From a virus, in IMG/VR virus record IMGVR_UViG_3300034374_012521, positions 32,001 through 96,000 of that record: a stretch of 64,000 bases of DNA. One strand, 5' to 3'. How positions within the stretch are numbered: the first letter of the stretch is position 1; each line of letters opens with the position of its first letter. Made by a program: the position numbers and the translations under genes. Below, piece by piece: positions 47,170 to 56,891 of this stretch. Below the pieces are notes generated by a model. It had not been told where the DNA came from. It saw only the letters and a list, made by a program, of their open reading frames with translations, and ran no database searches.

Positions 47170-47622
47170 TTAGTTCAATAGAATTTTTACGTTCCCCATG
47201 TCATCTGTGTTCTTAATAAGTACAGGCCCAAGTTGAATATCAACTCCAACAGTTACTTTTTGGTCCACTATAAGTTTTGCTAAACCTCTTATGATCGTTT
47301 CTATAAGAATTTTCGATCTTTCTTGTAATTCCATCTGATGTATTATAGCCAACTCTTCCAATAAAGATTCAACCTCGGGGGCTTCGTTTCGATTCTCCAA
47401 TAGATGAAAAACCTCTTTCTCAATTTCATAGTACTTTTGACCCTCCAGAAATACATTAGCACTTCCATCTTCCTCCCTCTCAATTACACCATTTAGACCA
47501 AGTACAGTGGAAAAAGAAATAAGTCCATCTTCTTCCCTAGCTACAAGTGATGGCGAATCCTTTTCCAGAAAAACCTCAAGTGCTCCGTAGATTAAATCAT
47601 TATGTCTTTGAGTAAATTCCAT
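47170..47622 (-). CDS. hypothetical protein
   Basis: ORF in operon. Confidence 0.7.
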   Translation of the reverse strand: MEFTQRHNDLIYGALEVFLEKDSPSLVAREEDGLISFSTVLGLNGVIEREEDGSANVFLEGQKYYEIEKEVFHLLENRNEAPEVESLLEELAIIHQMELQERSKILIETIIRGLAKLIVDQKVTVGVDIQLGPVLIKNTDDMGNVKILLN

Positions 47623-48533
47623 TATTTGATCTCTGTGGGGATTTCAAATCCTCCGTTTATTAAGTACCTTTCTAGATCATCCCGGATCTCATCCTTCTTG
47701 TCTGCATGAACAAAGTTTGGTGAAGAAACTATTTTCCAAGCATCCTCAAAAGATTTAAGATCTTCCTTCCTAATTCCGCTACCAAACATCATCTCAACAA
47801 ACTCATCTGGATCCCTAGTTACCAAAGTACTTTCACCTTTAACTGTTTTAGGGCTTTTGAGTCTTTTTGTAGCTCCTTTGAAGGACTTTCTATTTTTGAA
47901 AATACCGTCACTCAATCTTAGGGCATAAGAATAGAAATCTTCAAGTTCGCCATTCTCGTCCTTAGATATCACTTCCTTCAAAGCAGAAAGGATCGCTTGG
48001 AAAAGCCAGTTTCTGTGAGCTGATTTGTATTTACTTTCGTTCTTTCTGTAATCTGGGGAATAGAAAATAAACTTAGCCCAGTCCATATCAGAAATTGGAA
48101 TTAGATCCAATTGAACTATACCATTTTCAGCATCACCCTCTATAGGCCAGCCAATTGAAAGAACGTTGATTCCCCTCATTAATTTCATATCGGGTACAAA
48201 CCCAAGTTTGTTATGTAGTGTCTCTGAAAGGTTCTTATATAAAGCTCCAAGAACATCATCCTCGGAAACACCTAATCTTTTCGAAAGAAACTTTTTATCT
48301 ATCCCGAGGTCAATATCTCCAGATGTGTCGTTTTGATCTTTCTTCTTACCGATGCTACCAATGATAAGGTATTCCTTGTCTACCTCACCACCACCAAGCA
48401 AAGGGAAAAGGATTTCTTTGATAGACTCCATAGTTTTTGGAACCTCACTCTCCTTTATCCTTCTGGATTCTTTTATCGCCGCTCCGCCTTCAAATAACGA
48501 AACGTAATCCCCAAATTTTAGCACGTTTCTCAT
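47622..48533 (-). CDS. Pol-beta-superfamily nucleotidyltransferase-like protein
   Basis: GS..K....SGDIDL, VQLDLI; N-terminal LKFGDY..LFEGG. Confidence 0.65.
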   Translation of the reverse strand: MRNVLKFGDYVSLFEGGAAIKESRRIKESEVPKTMESIKEILFPLLGGGEVDKEYLIIGSIGKKKDQNDTSGDIDLGIDKKFLSKRLGVSEDDVLGALYKNLSETLHNKLGFVPDMKLMRGINVLSIGWPIEGDAENGIVQLDLIPISDMDWAKFIFYSPDYRKNESKYKSAHRNWLFQAILSALKEVISKDENGELEDFYSYALRLSDGIFKNRKSFKGATKRLKSPKTVKGESTLVTRDPDEFVEMMFGSGIRKEDLKSFEDAWKIVSSPNFVHADKKDEIRDDLERYLINGGFEIPTEIK

Positions 48534-49030
48534 TTTTCTAAATCAAAATAGTCTGTGGCAGAAAAGACGTAATCCTTGTAAAGCTGTTGATCTCTTCCTT
48601 GTGGGTTGTTTATATCAAAGTCTTTACCAAAAGTCGACTTACCCTTTCGGATAGCATCCCTATAGAAAGTCTCATATTCACCCCTTTTGTTTTTTCCAGA
48701 GGCTTTAATTGAATCTCCCCATCTGGATAACACCTGGTCTTTGTTTTTACTTAGATCCTCAACATCCATGCTTGCTGCCTTACCAGAATCAAATAGATCA
48801 GCAATTCCCTGACCCAATTTTTGCAGTCCCTCTACAGCACCTCTTACAAGTCTCTGTAAAGCCCCGCCTTCATCATAAGTCATTTGATAGATTTTCTCAG
48901 CGCCGGTTTCTGCCTCTATGCTTCTCCTTTTCTGCTTAATCCACTCAGTAGCAGAATATGGTTCTCTTCTTTCAACATTCTCGTTGAGAAAACTTTGAAA
49001 ATCTTTTATGTTATCCATTATCTTCCTCAT
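48530..49030 (-). CDS. hypothetical protein with CTS-like N-terminus
   Basis: IKDFQSFLNE. Confidence 0.7.
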   Translation of the reverse strand: MRKIMDNIKDFQSFLNENVERREPYSATEWIKQKRRSIEAETGAEKIYQMTYDEGGALQRLVRGAVEGLQKLGQGIADLFDSGKAASMDVEDLSKNKDQVLSRWGDSIKASGKNKRGEYETFYRDAIRKGKSTFGKDFDINNPQGRDQQLYKDYVFSATDYFDLEK

Positions 49031-49054
49031 TTATCCTATATATCGGACAAATGA

Positions 49055-50578
49055 TTAGAGATTAACATTAAAGATCTTGTACTTGAACTTTTCGTTCTTG
49101 TAGATCTCGATCCTTGCTTCGCTGTGTTTGAGGAGGTAATTCTTATATCTTGGGGAAGAAAAATCGTCAACAAAGTCAATCACATTAACCTTGTCCTTTC
49201 CATCCATTTTTCTCATTCCCCTACCAAGACTCTGCTTAATCAGGACCTCGCTCTTATAAGATTCAACTAAGAAAATGTTGTGAAGGTTGTTGATTGAGAT
49301 ACCGGTAGAGAAAGTACCGTATGTTGCAACCAGGATTTTATTCTCGCCATTGGCCATCCTAGATTTATATTCCTCCCTGAGGGATTCGTCGGTATCACCA
49401 TCAACATAAAAGACCTCTTTATCGTTGGTTATCTCTCTGAGCATATTCCAGATTTGCTTACCGTATTCGTCTTTTACGGATTGGAATAGCACTAAGGAAT
49501 TCTTAGATGTTTTAGATATGAATTCAACGACATAGTTAAGCCTCTTCTCACTTTCTATTACAAGCTTTCTTTCAAGGTTATAAAGTTCATTGCCCTCAAG
49601 ATTTTGTGAATTAGCTTTTAAATCTGCTAGCTTTCCCTTAATCTCATCATCCAGCCAATTCATCCGTACTACCTTGATGTGAACTGGTGTTGCATGTTTA
49701 TTTTTGAAAAGGAAATCTGGGGAAATTTCAACGACAACAGGGCCCAAGAATTGCTGTATGGTTAAATGGTCAGCTGATCCCCTTTTAGTAAGAGTCCCAG
49801 TTAAACCAAATCTCCACTTACTGTGCATACATTTAGCAACAATCTTCTTAATCGACATTGAGTTGGTGTGATGAGCCTCGTCAACAAAAACTGCATCAAT
49901 CTCCTCAAAGAAATCTTCGTCTTTCTTAACCAATGATTGGAAAGTACCTATAATAAGGTCACACCCATCTCTAAGTTTACTACCCCCTCCGATTTGTTGA
50001 ATTCTTACCCCCAGTTCACCAATACCATAGTCTATAAAGTCATCATTTCCTTGGAAGACTAGGTTAGTGTTTGGTACAATCATTAAGAACTTTCTAATAA
50101 GTCCCCTCTGCTTAAGAAAAGCAAAAATCATGAAAGATATAAGGGTCTTACCAGAAGATGTAGCAATCTCAGATACCGAATATCTGTATTTTACAATTTT
50201 CCATGCAGCTTCAACCTGATAATCACGCGGGGTAATTTCTTTGTCGTCAAAAAATCCATCCACCCATTCCTGGAATTCCTCCAGAGTTAAGTCACTGAGT
50301 ATTATCTTATCAAGGCCCTCAATGTCAATTTCTATATTAAACTCTTTTCCTATTTCTAGGACCTCCCTCCAGAGACCAATAGGAACCTTCCAAAAGGCAC
50401 CTTTCTTTTCTATAAAGCAAATATTACCGTCCCAGATCTTCTTCTTAACCAATGGGTGAAAATACCAGTTGTGTATTTTCTTGGTTAGAGAGATCTCAAT
50501 TTGCCTTTTTTCTATCTCATCATTAGATTGAGCAAGTATTAGCCATTGTTGATCTTCGGATACATTAAACTTAATCAT
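49055..50578 (-). CDS. uvsW: UvsW-like SF2 helicase
   Basis: WDG, PRDYQ, ATSSGKT, DEAH, GLTGT, FSTGI, QSLGRGMR. Confidence 0.92.
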   Translation of the reverse strand: MIKFNVSEDQQWLILAQSNDEIEKRQIEISLTKKIHNWYFHPLVKKKIWDGNICFIEKKGAFWKVPIGLWREVLEIGKEFNIEIDIEGLDKIILSDLTLEEFQEWVDGFFDDKEITPRDYQVEAAWKIVKYRYSVSEIATSSGKTLISFMIFAFLKQRGLIRKFLMIVPNTNLVFQGNDDFIDYGIGELGVRIQQIGGGSKLRDGCDLIIGTFQSLVKKDEDFFEEIDAVFVDEAHHTNSMSIKKIVAKCMHSKWRFGLTGTLTKRGSADHLTIQQFLGPVVVEISPDFLFKNKHATPVHIKVVRMNWLDDEIKGKLADLKANSQNLEGNELYNLERKLVIESEKRLNYVVEFISKTSKNSLVLFQSVKDEYGKQIWNMLREITNDKEVFYVDGDTDESLREEYKSRMANGENKILVATYGTFSTGISINNLHNIFLVESYKSEVLIKQSLGRGMRKMDGKDKVNVIDFVDDFSSPRYKNYLLKHSEARIEIYKNEKFKYKIFNVNL

Positions 50579-50587
50579 CCACCTATT

Positions 50588-51034
50588 TTATTTTATCGTG
50601 CTCGCCCTCAAATATTCTTCAAGCGCAATCCTAGATTTTATACCATAGAGCATATGATCAACAGTCTGAATTGTTTGGTCGATGAATTTGCGGTGTCCCT
50701 CAACTAGCTGTATTTTTTCCACAACGTCTGCAACATCTCCCTCTATAAGTAATTTGGTCTCGTTTGATCCGTATCTCACATCACTGTTTACAGTATAATC
50801 TCTTAGTTTTGAAGCCCTCAACTTTCTTTCCTTTGTAGCAAGTTTGCTGACAATCTGAGCTAGTTTGTAGCTATATTCTAACAGTATTTGTCTATTAGAA
50901 AAAAGCTCTACCTGTGCTTCAGCAACGGTCCTAATGCTTTTTAAGCTCAGTGATATTACTTGGATTTTTTCTTTCCATTCAGCTCTTTCACTTTCAAAAA
51001 GCTTACCGTAATCAGTTTTTTGTTGCTCTGACAT
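50588..51034 (-). CDS. UvsY-like recombination mediator
   Basis: Helical 148-aa protein next to uvsW; C-terminal YGIKSRI pattern. Confidence 0.55.
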   Translation of the reverse strand: MSEQQKTDYGKLFESERAEWKEKIQVISLSLKSIRTVAEAQVELFSNRQILLEYSYKLAQIVSKLATKERKLRASKLRDYTVNSDVRYGSNETKLLIEGDVADVVEKIQLVEGHRKFIDQTIQTVDHMLYGIKSRIALEEYLRASTIK

Positions 51035-51035
51035 A

Positions 51036-51284
51036 TTAGAATAATTCGTTGCCTTTGTTTTTAGTCTTTTTACCTAGCTTTATTTCCTTTACCGAGGATT
51101 TCTTAAGTCTTGGGGTTCCTATATCAATATTAGAGGCTTCTACCTTAATATCTTCCTCATTAAATCTATCAAGAAAAGATACTGGAAATTTTACGTCTCC
51201 CTCTTCTGAATTTAAGCTCTCCTCCCATTCATGGGTTTGGTCTATAGTTGGCATCTCAAGCATATATGAAATCGGATAAATCAA
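51036..51284 (-). CDS. hypothetical protein
   Basis: Short ORF. Confidence 0.5.
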   Translation of the reverse strand: MIYPISYMLEMPTIDQTHEWEESLNSEEGDVKFPVSFLDRFNEEDIKVEASNIDIGTPRLKKSSVKEIKLGKKTKNKGNELF

Positions 51285-52317
51285 GTATTTCCTCCGTAAA
51301 GTAGTTATCCAATCTCCTTATTTTTATTCTCTTCGCTCGAAGAAAATTTACAAGGTCATTTAAGTCCCATTTCTTATTTATCGGAAGTTCGTGATCCACC
51401 AAAAACTTCTTCCAATTGAACACCCTTTTACCTGCAGATAGAAGTTCAGAATGTTTTTGTCTTCCTGCATTATCCCAGTCATACCAGTATTGTACATTTT
51501 CAACATCAAACGGAAATTTGTTTTCTATAGAACAAAGTGCAACCGAATTTTTCCAGAGCCATGAATCCATTGGACCCTCGAAGATTGTGATGGTTCGGTC
51601 AAAAGAAATCCGCCCCACATTAAAAACAAATGATACTGGATCTATCTTTTTTGCCTCTTCTATCAAATTTTGATCGTCCGTCTTAAGAAGCTTTTCCCAT
51701 ATTCCACTTAGTTTATATGTGTAATATTTGGAACCATATGTGGAATCCATATTTCTAAATTGCAAACCCAATATCTCATTATCCTTAGATAGATTGAAGA
51801 GATATAGTTTACCAGTTTCAGGATCCCAGGCAAACTTGTCATCGGATTGCTGGTTTCTACGTATCAAATAGTTTTCCATCTTAGAGCCCTTAACCTCCTG
51901 GAGTCCCATTTCTTGCATGAATCTTTCCCTTGGAATAACTACGGATTTGAAATCAGTATCGAAAAACAAAGAAATATCTACGTCGCCATAAGTGGTTTGT
52001 CTCTTTTCCTTACCCTTCTTGATCAGGTCAATTATATCCCTTTTTTCATCTCCATCAAGTTTTGATACAACCTGAAAATCACGAAACATAGAGAAAGCAT
52101 CCTTGTAAATCCCACAACCACCATTATAGCATTTATAGGTGAGGGTATCAACGTAGAAATTTCCCCTCTTCTTTCTTGGATTTGAAGAATCCCCACAATA
52201 TGGACAAGAAATATTTAATCTATTACCAGCCTCATATATCTTTTGTTTGCCAGCATTTCCAGCAAACTCTTTTCTTAAAATGTCATCTAAAAGTTCCCTA
52301 ATTCTACCCAAATCCAT
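51256..52317 (-). CDS. DNA primase (T4 gp61-like)
   Basis: CPYCGDS..KKRG, CYNGGC zinc finger, FEGPMDS, DWDNAG, DLND. Confidence 0.9.
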   Translation of the reverse strand: MDLGRIRELLDDILRKEFAGNAGKQKIYEAGNRLNISCPYCGDSSNPRKKRGNFYVDTLTYKCYNGGCGIYKDAFSMFRDFQVVSKLDGDEKRDIIDLIKKGKEKRQTTYGDVDISLFFDTDFKSVVIPRERFMQEMGLQEVKGSKMENYLIRRNQQSDDKFAWDPETGKLYLFNLSKDNEILGLQFRNMDSTYGSKYYTYKLSGIWEKLLKTDDQNLIEEAKKIDPVSFVFNVGRISFDRTITIFEGPMDSWLWKNSVALCSIENKFPFDVENVQYWYDWDNAGRQKHSELLSAGKRVFNWKKFLVDHELPINKKWDLNDLVNFLRAKRIKIRRLDNYFTEEILDLSDFIYA

Positions 52318-52337
52318 ATTAATCCTAGTTTACAGTT

Positions 52338-52377
52338 AAAAAAGAAAGGGGGCAGCAATTCTCATTGCCAAGCCCCC
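52338..52377 (-). terminator. intrinsic terminator
   Basis: GGGGGC..GCAAT/ATTGC..GCCCCC plus U-tract. Confidence 0.7.
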
Positions 52378-52390
52378 ATTCAAGATAGAT

Positions 52391-53344
52391 TTAGAGATCT
52401 GCGTATAGGTCGTCTAGGGACGATGAAGTTTCTGGTGCTGAAGGTTGGCTGATGCCCTTATCCTCTTTTGCAGGTTCGGATCCTACCTTTGTTGAAGAAG
52501 CTTCATTATAGAAATCGTTCGTTGAACTAGAAGATGAAGTTGTAGTAGAAGATTGGTTTACACCTCCTAAAACCTCATTAACTAATCTTCCGTCAGGAAC
52601 TGAATTCTTAATAACATTCATCACACGGTCGGTAGTATTTTGATCCCAATCCTTGTATTCAAATTGTGTGAGGTTATCAGGACCTGTTTTAAGGTATTCC
52701 ATGATTGCATTCATGTCATCCTGATTCTTAGCCATCTTCTTGCCGTTGATCTCGATAGCGGTTCTATCACCAACGAATGAGCAAAGATCGTAGTTGTTCC
52801 ACTCACCAACTTTTCTTGTATGTACTGAGAAAAGTTTACCTTCAAAAAGATCGTAAGGGTTGCAAGAATCTCCATATTCAGGCTTGAGCTGTGCTTCGAG
52901 CATATCGTTTAGCTTACGTCCAAATTTGAAGATCATAATTTTTCCCTCAAGCTCAGGATTGTGTTTATCCTGTACGATTTGAATGAGTGAGTAGTAGTCT
53001 TCCTTTCTAGAAAAACTTCTTGATAATTCTTGGTCTGCTGCTGAATGTGAATTTTTCAGCTTCCAGAACATGTCCTTAAGTACTGATTTTTTTCCTACCG
53101 TTGACGGACAGTCAACTGGAAATCCATCACCTGTTGTTGGATCGTTTAGATAAACGTAGTACTTGTGGATTTTTGATTTCGTCGGATCGACGTGGTTAGG
53201 AAGAAAACGGATCAGCGATTTGTAAACTCCATCCTTTCCGTTTTCCGGATATGGTTTGTAAAATTCTGTTCCTTCTGAATTCTCCTTTTTTGCTTTCGTT
53301 ACGAATGCTTCCGCATCCAAATTGAAAATGTCTAAATTACTCAT
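52391..53344 (-). CDS. single-stranded DNA-binding protein (T4 gp32-like)
   Basis: LIRFLP, CP, PELEGKIMIFKFG, PYDLFEG, NYD, acidic tail. Confidence 0.88.
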   Translation of the reverse strand: MSNLDIFNLDAEAFVTKAKKENSEGTEFYKPYPENGKDGVYKSLIRFLPNHVDPTKSKIHKYYVYLNDPTTGDGFPVDCPSTVGKKSVLKDMFWKLKNSHSAADQELSRSFSRKEDYYSLIQIVQDKHNPELEGKIMIFKFGRKLNDMLEAQLKPEYGDSCNPYDLFEGKLFSVHTRKVGEWNNYDLCSFVGDRTAIEINGKKMAKNQDDMNAIMEYLKTGPDNLTQFEYKDWDQNTTDRVMNVIKNSVPDGRLVNEVLGGVNQSSTTTSSSSSTNDFYNEASSTKVGSEPAKEDKGISQPSAPETSSSLDDLYADL

Positions 53345-53385
53345 GATTTTCTCTTAATTATTTTTTAAAATCCTTTATTTAATCT

Positions 53386-54168
53386 CTAAGTGTCCCAAAT
53401 GTTTCCCCTAGACATTATATATCCAAAACTTTTTTCATCTATTTCGTTTTCTGATACTTCGGTCTCCCAAACATTCTTACCTCGGAGTGAAACTTTGACA
53501 AACGGCCTAGATAAACCAAATTCAGAACTTTCTATGTGATATCTTAGTAAAGTTTCAGGGTGGAAGTAAATATCGGATAGAATATACTCCTCCAGATAGT
53601 CGAACATTTTGCAGTAATGCTCCATTGCATCTCTACCTCCCCAAGCCAATATATCATTTACCCCACCTTTCCAATCAAACCCAGGAGGAACATTGATCTT
53701 ATCCAAGTCCTGTCCTAAATTCAATTCATTGTGAATCTTAATATCCATTCTTCCCTTGATGACGCAATCGTACTTTTGACCTACCTGGATTTCATATTCT
53801 TCCATCAAGGAGTAAGCTTGTCTAATTTTATACCACATCAAAAAAACAGACACTGGATTGATCTCACCAGTCTGTGGACCAAACCCCTCATAAGACCAAG
53901 CCCTGTCAATAAACTTTCTAATCGCATCAGAACCAAAATCGTCGGTCTTCAAGTGCTTGGGTGAATACATCTTTATAAGATCGTCAATGGTTAAGGAGTC
54001 CACTAGATCTTTAGTTTCAGCATGTAGAGATTGGTTGATTTCACCCGAGGGATTCCAAGTTGATATGAAAACATCAGTATCATACTTATCTAAAATTTCT
54101 GACTTGATAAACGGGAAGGAATCCTGAGCTTCCCTTATTTGACCAGGAAGTAGCAAGGCAACCCTCAT
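53386..54168 (-). CDS. hypothetical glycosyltransferase-like protein
   Basis: VALLLPGQIR, DVFISTW, YDCVIKGRMD, ND..AWG, PE.LL. Confidence 0.6.
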   Translation of the reverse strand: MRVALLLPGQIREAQDSFPFIKSEILDKYDTDVFISTWNPSGEINQSLHAETKDLVDSLTIDDLIKMYSPKHLKTDDFGSDAIRKFIDRAWSYEGFGPQTGEINPVSVFLMWYKIRQAYSLMEEYEIQVGQKYDCVIKGRMDIKIHNELNLGQDLDKINVPPGFDWKGGVNDILAWGGRDAMEHYCKMFDYLEEYILSDIYFHPETLLRYHIESSEFGLSRPFVKVSLRGKNVWETEVSENEIDEKSFGYIMSRGNIWDT

Positions 54169-54599
54169 GAATAATTCACAATATAATCAGAACATACACC
54201 ACAACAACTATCAACTTTCTCCTCGTACATCTCAGGTAAAACCGCAATGCTTTTGCTAATTGGTTGCATCCCAGGAAAAGCCCAAATGAAAGATTTAGAG
54301 GTAAGGGTTACCTTGTCGTTTTCGTGCCAAAAAACATTGAGATCTCCATATTCCTTCAGATAAACCATAGCTGATATGTTTTTACAATGTATCCATAACT
54401 TATCCCCTCTTTCTAAAAGCCAAGCAAGATGTATTTTGGTTTCTGGAGAATCGTGTCCCAAATAGATTGATGCTCCGGAGATCCAAACGTCGATCTCCAC
54501 ATCATACCCCAGATCAAGAGCTTCCTGTATATAGTCAATCGTATTTTCTCTATCCGGATTTGGACCTTTTAAATTACCTCTATGTGATATTAGCTTCAT
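54165..54599 (-). CDS. GDPD/PLC-like phosphodiesterase
   Basis: ISHRGN, ENT, VEIDVW, LGHD, WIHCKN. Confidence 0.8.
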   Translation of the reverse strand: MKLISHRGNLKGPNPDRENTIDYIQEALDLGYDVEIDVWISGASIYLGHDSPETKIHLAWLLERGDKLWIHCKNISAMVYLKEYGDLNVFWHENDKVTLTSKSFIWAFPGMQPISKSIAVLPEMYEEKVDSCCGVCSDYIVNYS

Positions 54600-54600
54600 A

Positions 54601-55836
54601 TCAGAATATTCGATAGTCTAGATCTTCCGAGAAACATTTATTACCCCACTTTTCTATTGCTGCTTTATATTCAGGCTCATCATGATCTCCATCGATAGAC
54701 TGTCTCATTGCCAAGGCACCAGCTCTAGTTCCCTGTGGGTGTCCATGCATAGCACCGCCAACGTTTGCCATCCAATCGAAGCTTCCTATTGTTGTATTAA
54801 TATACTCAACAAGCCCTGGATGCATACCACAGCTTAAAGCAGGAACAATGTTATAATTCCAAAGGGTTTGTAAGGTATCTTTTATTTCCTGCTCATCTTG
54901 GCTCATATAACCGCCGATCATTCCTGCATGGATCGAATCGACTCCAGACCACCCAGCGATCTTGCACAAAACCGGCCAGTAAATGTGGTTTGGCGCCCTA
55001 CGGTCAGTAAAGAATTTATCTCCGCTCTTTTGGAAATGTATCCAGAGATTTGGATTTTGCTTTCTAATAGCACGATAAATTCCCAGGCCGCTCCACACGT
55101 TTATGTGTATTCCGTTCCCACCGTTATCTGCTACAAATTTTGCCCTTTCTAAGGCATATGGACTATCACCATTTATGCAAAAGCAATAAATTACGTCGGG
55201 CGCATTCTCTTTTAACCAAGATGAAATCAAAGGTACTCTTTCTTCAAGAGGGCAGTGGGAAGGGTTAGCAAGTAATTCATCCTCTTTGATGAAATTCACA
55301 CCACCATAAACCATTTCCTTCACAGCTTCGAGAAGAACAGAGGGAGACATACCAACCTTAGGTTTAACTATTCCACCTAAGAAAGGTCTTTGTTTTATAC
55401 CATTAAATTTCCTCCATCCATCAATACCATAGGCCGGATTTAAAGAAAATGATCTCTCAGCATCCTCAGGCAAAGAAATGTCCAAGACATGACATTGTCT
55501 TACTTCCTCTATGTCAACCTGACCACCAGCTATATGACAAAGTATTTGAGAGATCCCATCTTCTTCCAAATTAAGATTTGCTAGAGGAAAAGCTATCTCG
55601 ATCTCGCCCTCTTTTAGCTGGGTAAGATCTTCTTCGTTTGCAAGAATAAAGCAACTGTGATTTTCAAACATCTCATCGGTTTCCCACTCGCTCCTATTAT
55701 TCGGGTTACCTATACTTTGACCTATAGCCAAATTCCAGGAAGCTTCCCTCAAAGAAGTTTTAGCTTCCAAAAAGTATTTGACTATAAAATACTGGGATGT
55801 ATCAAAATCCGCCTTATTTTTAAAAATGCTTATCAT
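54601..55836 (-). CDS. RuBisCO-like protein (form IV)
   Basis: GGIVKPKVG, GVNFIKEDE, GVDSIHAG, PALSCG, GGAMHGHP.G..AGA.AMRQ. Confidence 0.9.
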   Translation of the reverse strand: MISIFKNKADFDTSQYFIVKYFLEAKTSLREASWNLAIGQSIGNPNNRSEWETDEMFENHSCFILANEEDLTQLKEGEIEIAFPLANLNLEEDGISQILCHIAGGQVDIEEVRQCHVLDISLPEDAERSFSLNPAYGIDGWRKFNGIKQRPFLGGIVKPKVGMSPSVLLEAVKEMVYGGVNFIKEDELLANPSHCPLEERVPLISSWLKENAPDVIYCFCINGDSPYALERAKFVADNGGNGIHINVWSGLGIYRAIRKQNPNLWIHFQKSGDKFFTDRRAPNHIYWPVLCKIAGWSGVDSIHAGMIGGYMSQDEQEIKDTLQTLWNYNIVPALSCGMHPGLVEYINTTIGSFDWMANVGGAMHGHPQGTRAGALAMRQSIDGDHDEPEYKAAIEKWGNKCFSEDLDYRIF

Positions 55837-56156
55837 TCAATTACAAATTTATCACCAGGAACCGAGGGGGTCTTAACTATAAAAACTTCACAGTCTTCCA
55901 AAAATACGGGGTCAGCAATTTCATCTTTCCTTAGAATAAACACATCCCCCGAATTTAATTCCCGTCCTTGTATAATCATTTTACCCGATCTGAGGAAGTT
56001 TATTTCATCCGCTTCCTTATGGTAATGTTTTGGCCACTCTTCGCCCTTGAAGTGCTTTTTATAACAAATCTCAAAATCACTAGTTTGGTAAGCTACTGGG
56101 GAGAAATCTCCAGCATACCAACCTCCCTTCATATCTTCAATTCTATAAACTTCCAT
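55833..56156 (-). CDS. cupin-domain protein
   Basis: GWYAGDF.P, HYHK..DE, VKTPSVPGDK. Confidence 0.8.
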   Translation of the reverse strand: MEVYRIEDMKGGWYAGDFSPVAYQTSDFEICYKKHFKGEEWPKHYHKEADEINFLRSGKMIIQGRELNSGDVFILRKDEIADPVFLEDCEVFIVKTPSVPGDKFVIE

Positions 56157-56159
56157 AAA

Positions 56160-56891
56160 CTAAACCAACTTTAAAAATTTATCCAGGTCCTCTGGGGTAC
56201 CTATCGGAAAGTGAAGGTTATAGAAGAAGGGCAATATTTTCTTTCCACTTTTTATCATGTAATTGTAGGTAGGTGCAACATAGAACTCATTATTGTACCG
56301 ATCGTTTGCTGCTATCATTTGTTCCGCACTTTCCACAAAGTATTTACCATGCTTCCAAAAATGTAACCCGTTAGTAGCAATGTTGGAAATCACAATTTTT
56401 TCCTTCACATCACAGACCTCTCCGTTTGGATCTAACTTAACATAGCTGTTCTTTTTAGAAGAGGAAAGAAAACATCCCAACAATCCATCACACCCCGTAG
56501 TTCTTGCAAAATCTAAAATGAAGTCCAGATTGAAATCCAGAATAATCTGATCACAGTTAACAACAATGAGAGGCAGATCGTTATTGATCGACTGACTTGC
56601 AAAGAGAACCGTTGAAGCTGGTCCTTGTGTTAATGTTGGGGTTGAGAAAATCTCATACGATATTCCCATGTCTGATATATGGGAGTCAAATTCTGTAGGA
56701 GAAATATATTCCTCGTTTATCACAAATACAAAGTGTGCATCTTGATGATTTAGGTTTTTAATCACTGACCTAATCATCGTTTCTCCGCTGACGTCTATAA
56801 ATGGTTTTATCTGTAGGTATCCAGCGTCGCTGAATCTCCTTCCAGCACCTCCGAGAGGAATAAGAATGTTAACCTTCTTTGATTGAGTCAT
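56160..56891 (-). CDS. sugar-phosphate nucleotidyltransferase-like protein
   Basis: IPLGGAGRRF..AGY..KPFI, NCDQ, EK, NEFYVAP, GTPEDL. Confidence 0.85.
   Translation of the reverse strand: MTQSKKVNILIPLGGAGRRFSDAGYLQIKPFIDVSGETMIRSVIKNLNHQDAHFVFVINEEYISPTEFDSHISDMGISYEIFSTPTLTQGPASTVLFASQSINNDLPLIVVNCDQIILDFNLDFILDFARTTGCDGLLGCFLSSSKKNSYVKLDPNGEVCDVKEKIVISNIATNGLHFWKHGKYFVESAEQMIAANDRYNNEFYVAPTYNYMIKSGKKILPFFYNLHFPIGTPEDLDKFLKLV

Noticed and set aside
54601-55836. CO2-fixing RuBisCO
   Set aside because: Lacks K334 and H294 equivalents; no small subunit or phosphoribulokinase in the window.
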